Origin: an uncultured Nitrososphaerota archaeon
GTDB taxonomy: Archaea; Thermoproteota; Nitrososphaeria; Nitrososphaerales; Gagatemarchaeaceae
Assembly (NCBI GenBank): GCA_963718895.1
Contig: CAVRAG010000007.1
Location: forward strand, 352,001 to 416,000
Length of the DNA stretch: 64,000 bases
Direction of reading: 5' to 3'
Shown piece after piece: positions 61,749-64,000 of this stretch (the first letter of the stretch is position 1; each line of letters starts with the position of its first letter). Below the pieces are notes generated by a model that was not told the origin of the DNA, did no database searches, and saw only the letters and a list, made by a program, of their open reading frames with translations. The translations under genes and the position numbers were made by a program.

Positions 61749-63458
61749 TCAGTGCGCGGACCTCGCGGTCGGGATAGCGACAGACTCTTCAGATGCCTCC
61801 TTCGCCTCGGGCACATACCTCTCGCCACGGAGCACCGACGCGACCGCAGCGGCAAAGGAGAGCGCCGCACCGATGTAGAACGAGACGTCGAGCGCCGACA
61901 TGAAGGGTTTAGCGATGGCGTTGGGGAAGAAGGTCGTGCCTTCGAGGTAGCTTATCGTGCTCTGAGGGATCAGCGCGACTACCCCGGCGAGCTGGGGGGA
62001 GCTAAGCATGGTGCCCACCGGGTTGTATCCCAGAAACGCGGCGAACAGCGCGCCGGTCGGCGGAATCTGGGCGAACGCTGTTGCCAGCTGGGCAGCGCCA
62101 GCGCTGGTAAGCGCGGTTGTAAAGGCGCCGGGGAGGCTCTTGGCCAGTGCAGAGATTATTATCGTGAAGAACACCGCTGTGCTGATCGTCTGTCCAGAGT
62201 TCTGCAGCGTGGCACGCATCCCCGAGGCGGCGCCGCGGTGCTCGGGCGGGACAGAGTTCATTATCGACGCGATGTTCGGAGAGGTGAACAGCCCGCTTCC
62301 CAGCCCCATGATGAAGAGGACTATGGCGAAGGGCAGGAAGAGGAAGTTGTAGGGCAGGAACGAGAGGGCCATGAACGCCACTCCCGTGATGACCATCCCG
62401 AGGGTCGAGAGGCCCTTCGCGCCGTACTTGTCGGAGAGAAAGCCGCTCAGAGGCCCCATCACCACGAACCCCGCGATCATGGGCGTCATGTAGACGCCCG
62501 ACCAGAACGGCGTAGACGCGTAGGTGTATCCGTGCAGGGGCAGCCATATCCCCTGCAGCAAGATGATGAGCATGATCTGGACGCCACCGAATCCGACCGC
62601 CTGGAGCAATCCCGCGACGTTGGCGGCGCTGAACATCCTGATCTTGAAGAGGTCGAGCCGGAACATCGGGTCCTTAACGTGCGACTCGACGAAGGGGAAT
62701 GCGACCAGCAGAGCCACGCCCGCCACGAGCCCCGCAATCACCCACGGGTCTCCCCAACCCATCAGAGAGCTCCCGTAGGGCACCAGCCCGTAGGTCACGG
62801 CCACCAGGAGAACGATGAGCCCGACTCCAAAGGTCACGTTCCCCAGGACGTCGAGCTGTTGGTTCTTCCTGATCGTCCCGAGCTCCCTGAGCTTGAGGTA
62901 GGACCACACGGTGCCGATCACCCCGACGGGGACGCTGACCAAGAAGACGTACCTCCAGTCCCATGAAGCAAGTACGCCGCCGGCGGTCAGCCCCACGAGG
63001 GACCCCGCGAGGGCGGCGACCTGATTGATGCCGAGGGCCTTCCCTCGCTCGTTCGATGGGAACGCGTCCGTGAGTATCGCCGCGCTGTTCGCGAACAGAA
63101 ACGCGCCTCCAATCCCTTGGAGGATTCTGAAGAATATCAGCTCCAGCGCTCCGGCAGAACCGGAGCTGGGAGTTAGGAACAGGAGGATGGACCCCACCGT
63201 GAATATCGCGAAGCCCAGATTGTACAACCGTACTCGCCCGTACATGTCGGACAGTCGACCGAACGTAACAAGGAGAGTCGCGGTAACGATGCTGTAGCCA
63301 AAGAGGATCCAGAGGAGGTACTGGAACGACGTGAGCGGATCTATGTTGATTCCGCGGAAGATGGCCGGCAGCGAGATGAGCACTATCGTGCCGTTTATCG
63401 AAGCCATCAGGACGCCCAGCGTGGTGTTGGAGAGAGCAACCCACTTGTACTGGACCAT
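61749..63458 (-). CDS. MFS efflux transporter (DHA2/EmrB-like, 14 TM)
   Basis: GRLSDMYGR motif [30 protein letters not shown], second GFLSDKYG. Confidence 0.93.
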   Translation of the reverse strand: MVQYKWVALSNTTLGVLMASINGTIVLISLPAIFRGINIDPLTSFQYLLWILFGYSIVTATLLVTFGRLSDMYGRVRLYNLGFAIFTVGSILLFLTPSSGSAGALELIFFRILQGIGGAFLFANSAAILTDAFPSNERGKALGINQVAALAGSLVGLTAGGVLASWDWRYVFLVSVPVGVIGTVWSYLKLRELGTIRKNQQLDVLGNVTFGVGLIVLLVAVTYGLVPYGSSLMGWGDPWVIAGLVAGVALLVAFPFVESHVKDPMFRLDLFKIRMFSAANVAGLLQAVGFGGVQIMLIILLQGIWLPLHGYTYASTPFWSGVYMTPMIAGFVVMGPLSGFLSDKYGAKGLSTLGMVITGVAFMALSFLPYNFLFLPFAIVLFIMGLGSGLFTSPNIASIMNSVPPEHRGAASGMRATLQNSGQTISTAVFFTIIISALAKSLPGAFTTALTSAGAAQLATAFAQIPPTGALFAAFLGYNPVGTMLSSPQLAGVVALIPQSTISYLEGTTFFPNAIAKPFMSALDVSFYIGAALSFAAAVASVLRGERYVPEAKEASEESVAIPTARSAH

Positions 63459-63722
63459 TCAAATCACATCCGTCACGGTCTTCATCGCAAGGGCCGACCC
63501 TGCGAGCCCCAGACGTGAGTCGCGACTTCTTCTCTGGCTGCCACGGCGAGGTCCTCTGCCTCGTCGGTCGACCCCCGCGCTCCAGCCGGTGAACTGACCA
63601 CCACCCCGGACGCATTCGAACCTGGCAGAGCGGGCGATGCGTCTGCGAGTCCAACCGGCCTCGTGCAGGAAGTCGTTCTAGAGCGTCCGCTCGTCGTGCT
63701 CAAGCTGCCCGCAAATTGCTTA

Positions 63723-63750
63723 ATACATTAACTATTTATACATTGACTAT
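63723..63750. promoter_or_regulatory. Tandem 13-bp direct repeat in the MFS/MarR divergent promoter
   Basis: ATACATTAACTAT (63723-63735), TT, ATACATTGACTAT (63738-63750), overlapping TTTATA at 63735-63740. Confidence 0.55.
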
Positions 63751-63764
63751 ACCAATCTCAAACG

Positions 63765-64000
63765 ATGCCCGGGAAGTCAGAGCTGGCTGACCAACGCAAC
63801 GGGACGTACAACGCCGTGATAGCGACGTACAAGATGATGCAGCGCGGTCTGACCGTGCTGCTCGCCAACGAAGGATTGACGCAGCCCCAGTTCCAAGCAC
63901 TGAAGGTGATTGCGAGGCATGGTCCGATACCCATGAAGACGATAAGCGACGAATTGTCGGTTACCGCTGCAAACGTCACCGGGATCGTAGACCGGCTCGA
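63765..64000 (+). CDS. MarR family transcriptional regulator (partial, runs off the window)
   Basis: Manual translation: ...EGLTQPQFQALKVIARHGPIPMKTISDELSVTAANVTGIVDRL; divergent from the MFS pump. Confidence 0.88.
   Translation, partial: MPGKSELADQRNGTYNAVIATYKMMQRGLTVLLANEGLTQPQFQALKVIARHGPIPMKTISDELSVTAANVTGIVDRL

Noticed and set aside
96-63979. Numerous long overlapping ORFs in the six-frame track (e.g. 96..1244 +, 13486..14871 -, 26680..27645 +, 61719..62966 +)
   Set aside because: Arg/Gly/Pro-rich shadow frames of real genes, expected in high-GC DNA; no recognisable motifs.

Overview
A 64 kb stretch of a GC-rich archaeal chromosome. The TBP, eS24/eS31, archaeal DNA ligase, class III pilins and TATA promoters with leaderless starts fit a Nitrososphaerota (Thaumarchaeota)-like host. 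That taxonomy is an inference from recalled protein character, not a search. Single-base indels break many genes, including normally essential ones (lig, nadE), so this is probably an error-prone assembly; frameshifted genes are given as reconstructed CDSs with approximate ends. Left to right: an Opp/Dpp peptide ABC operon with a stalked binding protein; signal peptidase, tbp and pyrE; a LarA-like protein; a site-2 pseudo-protease; an N-acetyltransferase; DNA ligase; a type IV pilus locus with three pilins and a prepilin peptidase; and IMPase/FBPase. A cell-surface locus of about 34 kb (21.3-55.2 kb) follows. It holds a kinase/deacetylase/ATP-grasp/HAD operon, two flippases, many glycosyltransferases (partly on a lower-GC island), a pilin/beta-propeller protein and an SlaA/SlaB-like S-layer pair. 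Embedded in it is nadE, interrupted by a 385-aa LAGLIDADG intein. The window ends with a sulfite-oxidase-family gene, Lrp, a HExxH protein plus nucleotidyltransferase-kinase fusion operon, rps27ae/rps24e, an MFS pump and a partial MarR gene. No rRNA, tRNA, CRISPR array, integrase or transposase was recognised. The strongest leads are the NadE intein, the glycan-tailoring operon with a membrane-anchored TMK-like kinase, the HExxH + MNT-kinase pair, and the Sulfolobales-like two-component S-layer whose stalk motif recurs in the ABC binding protein.
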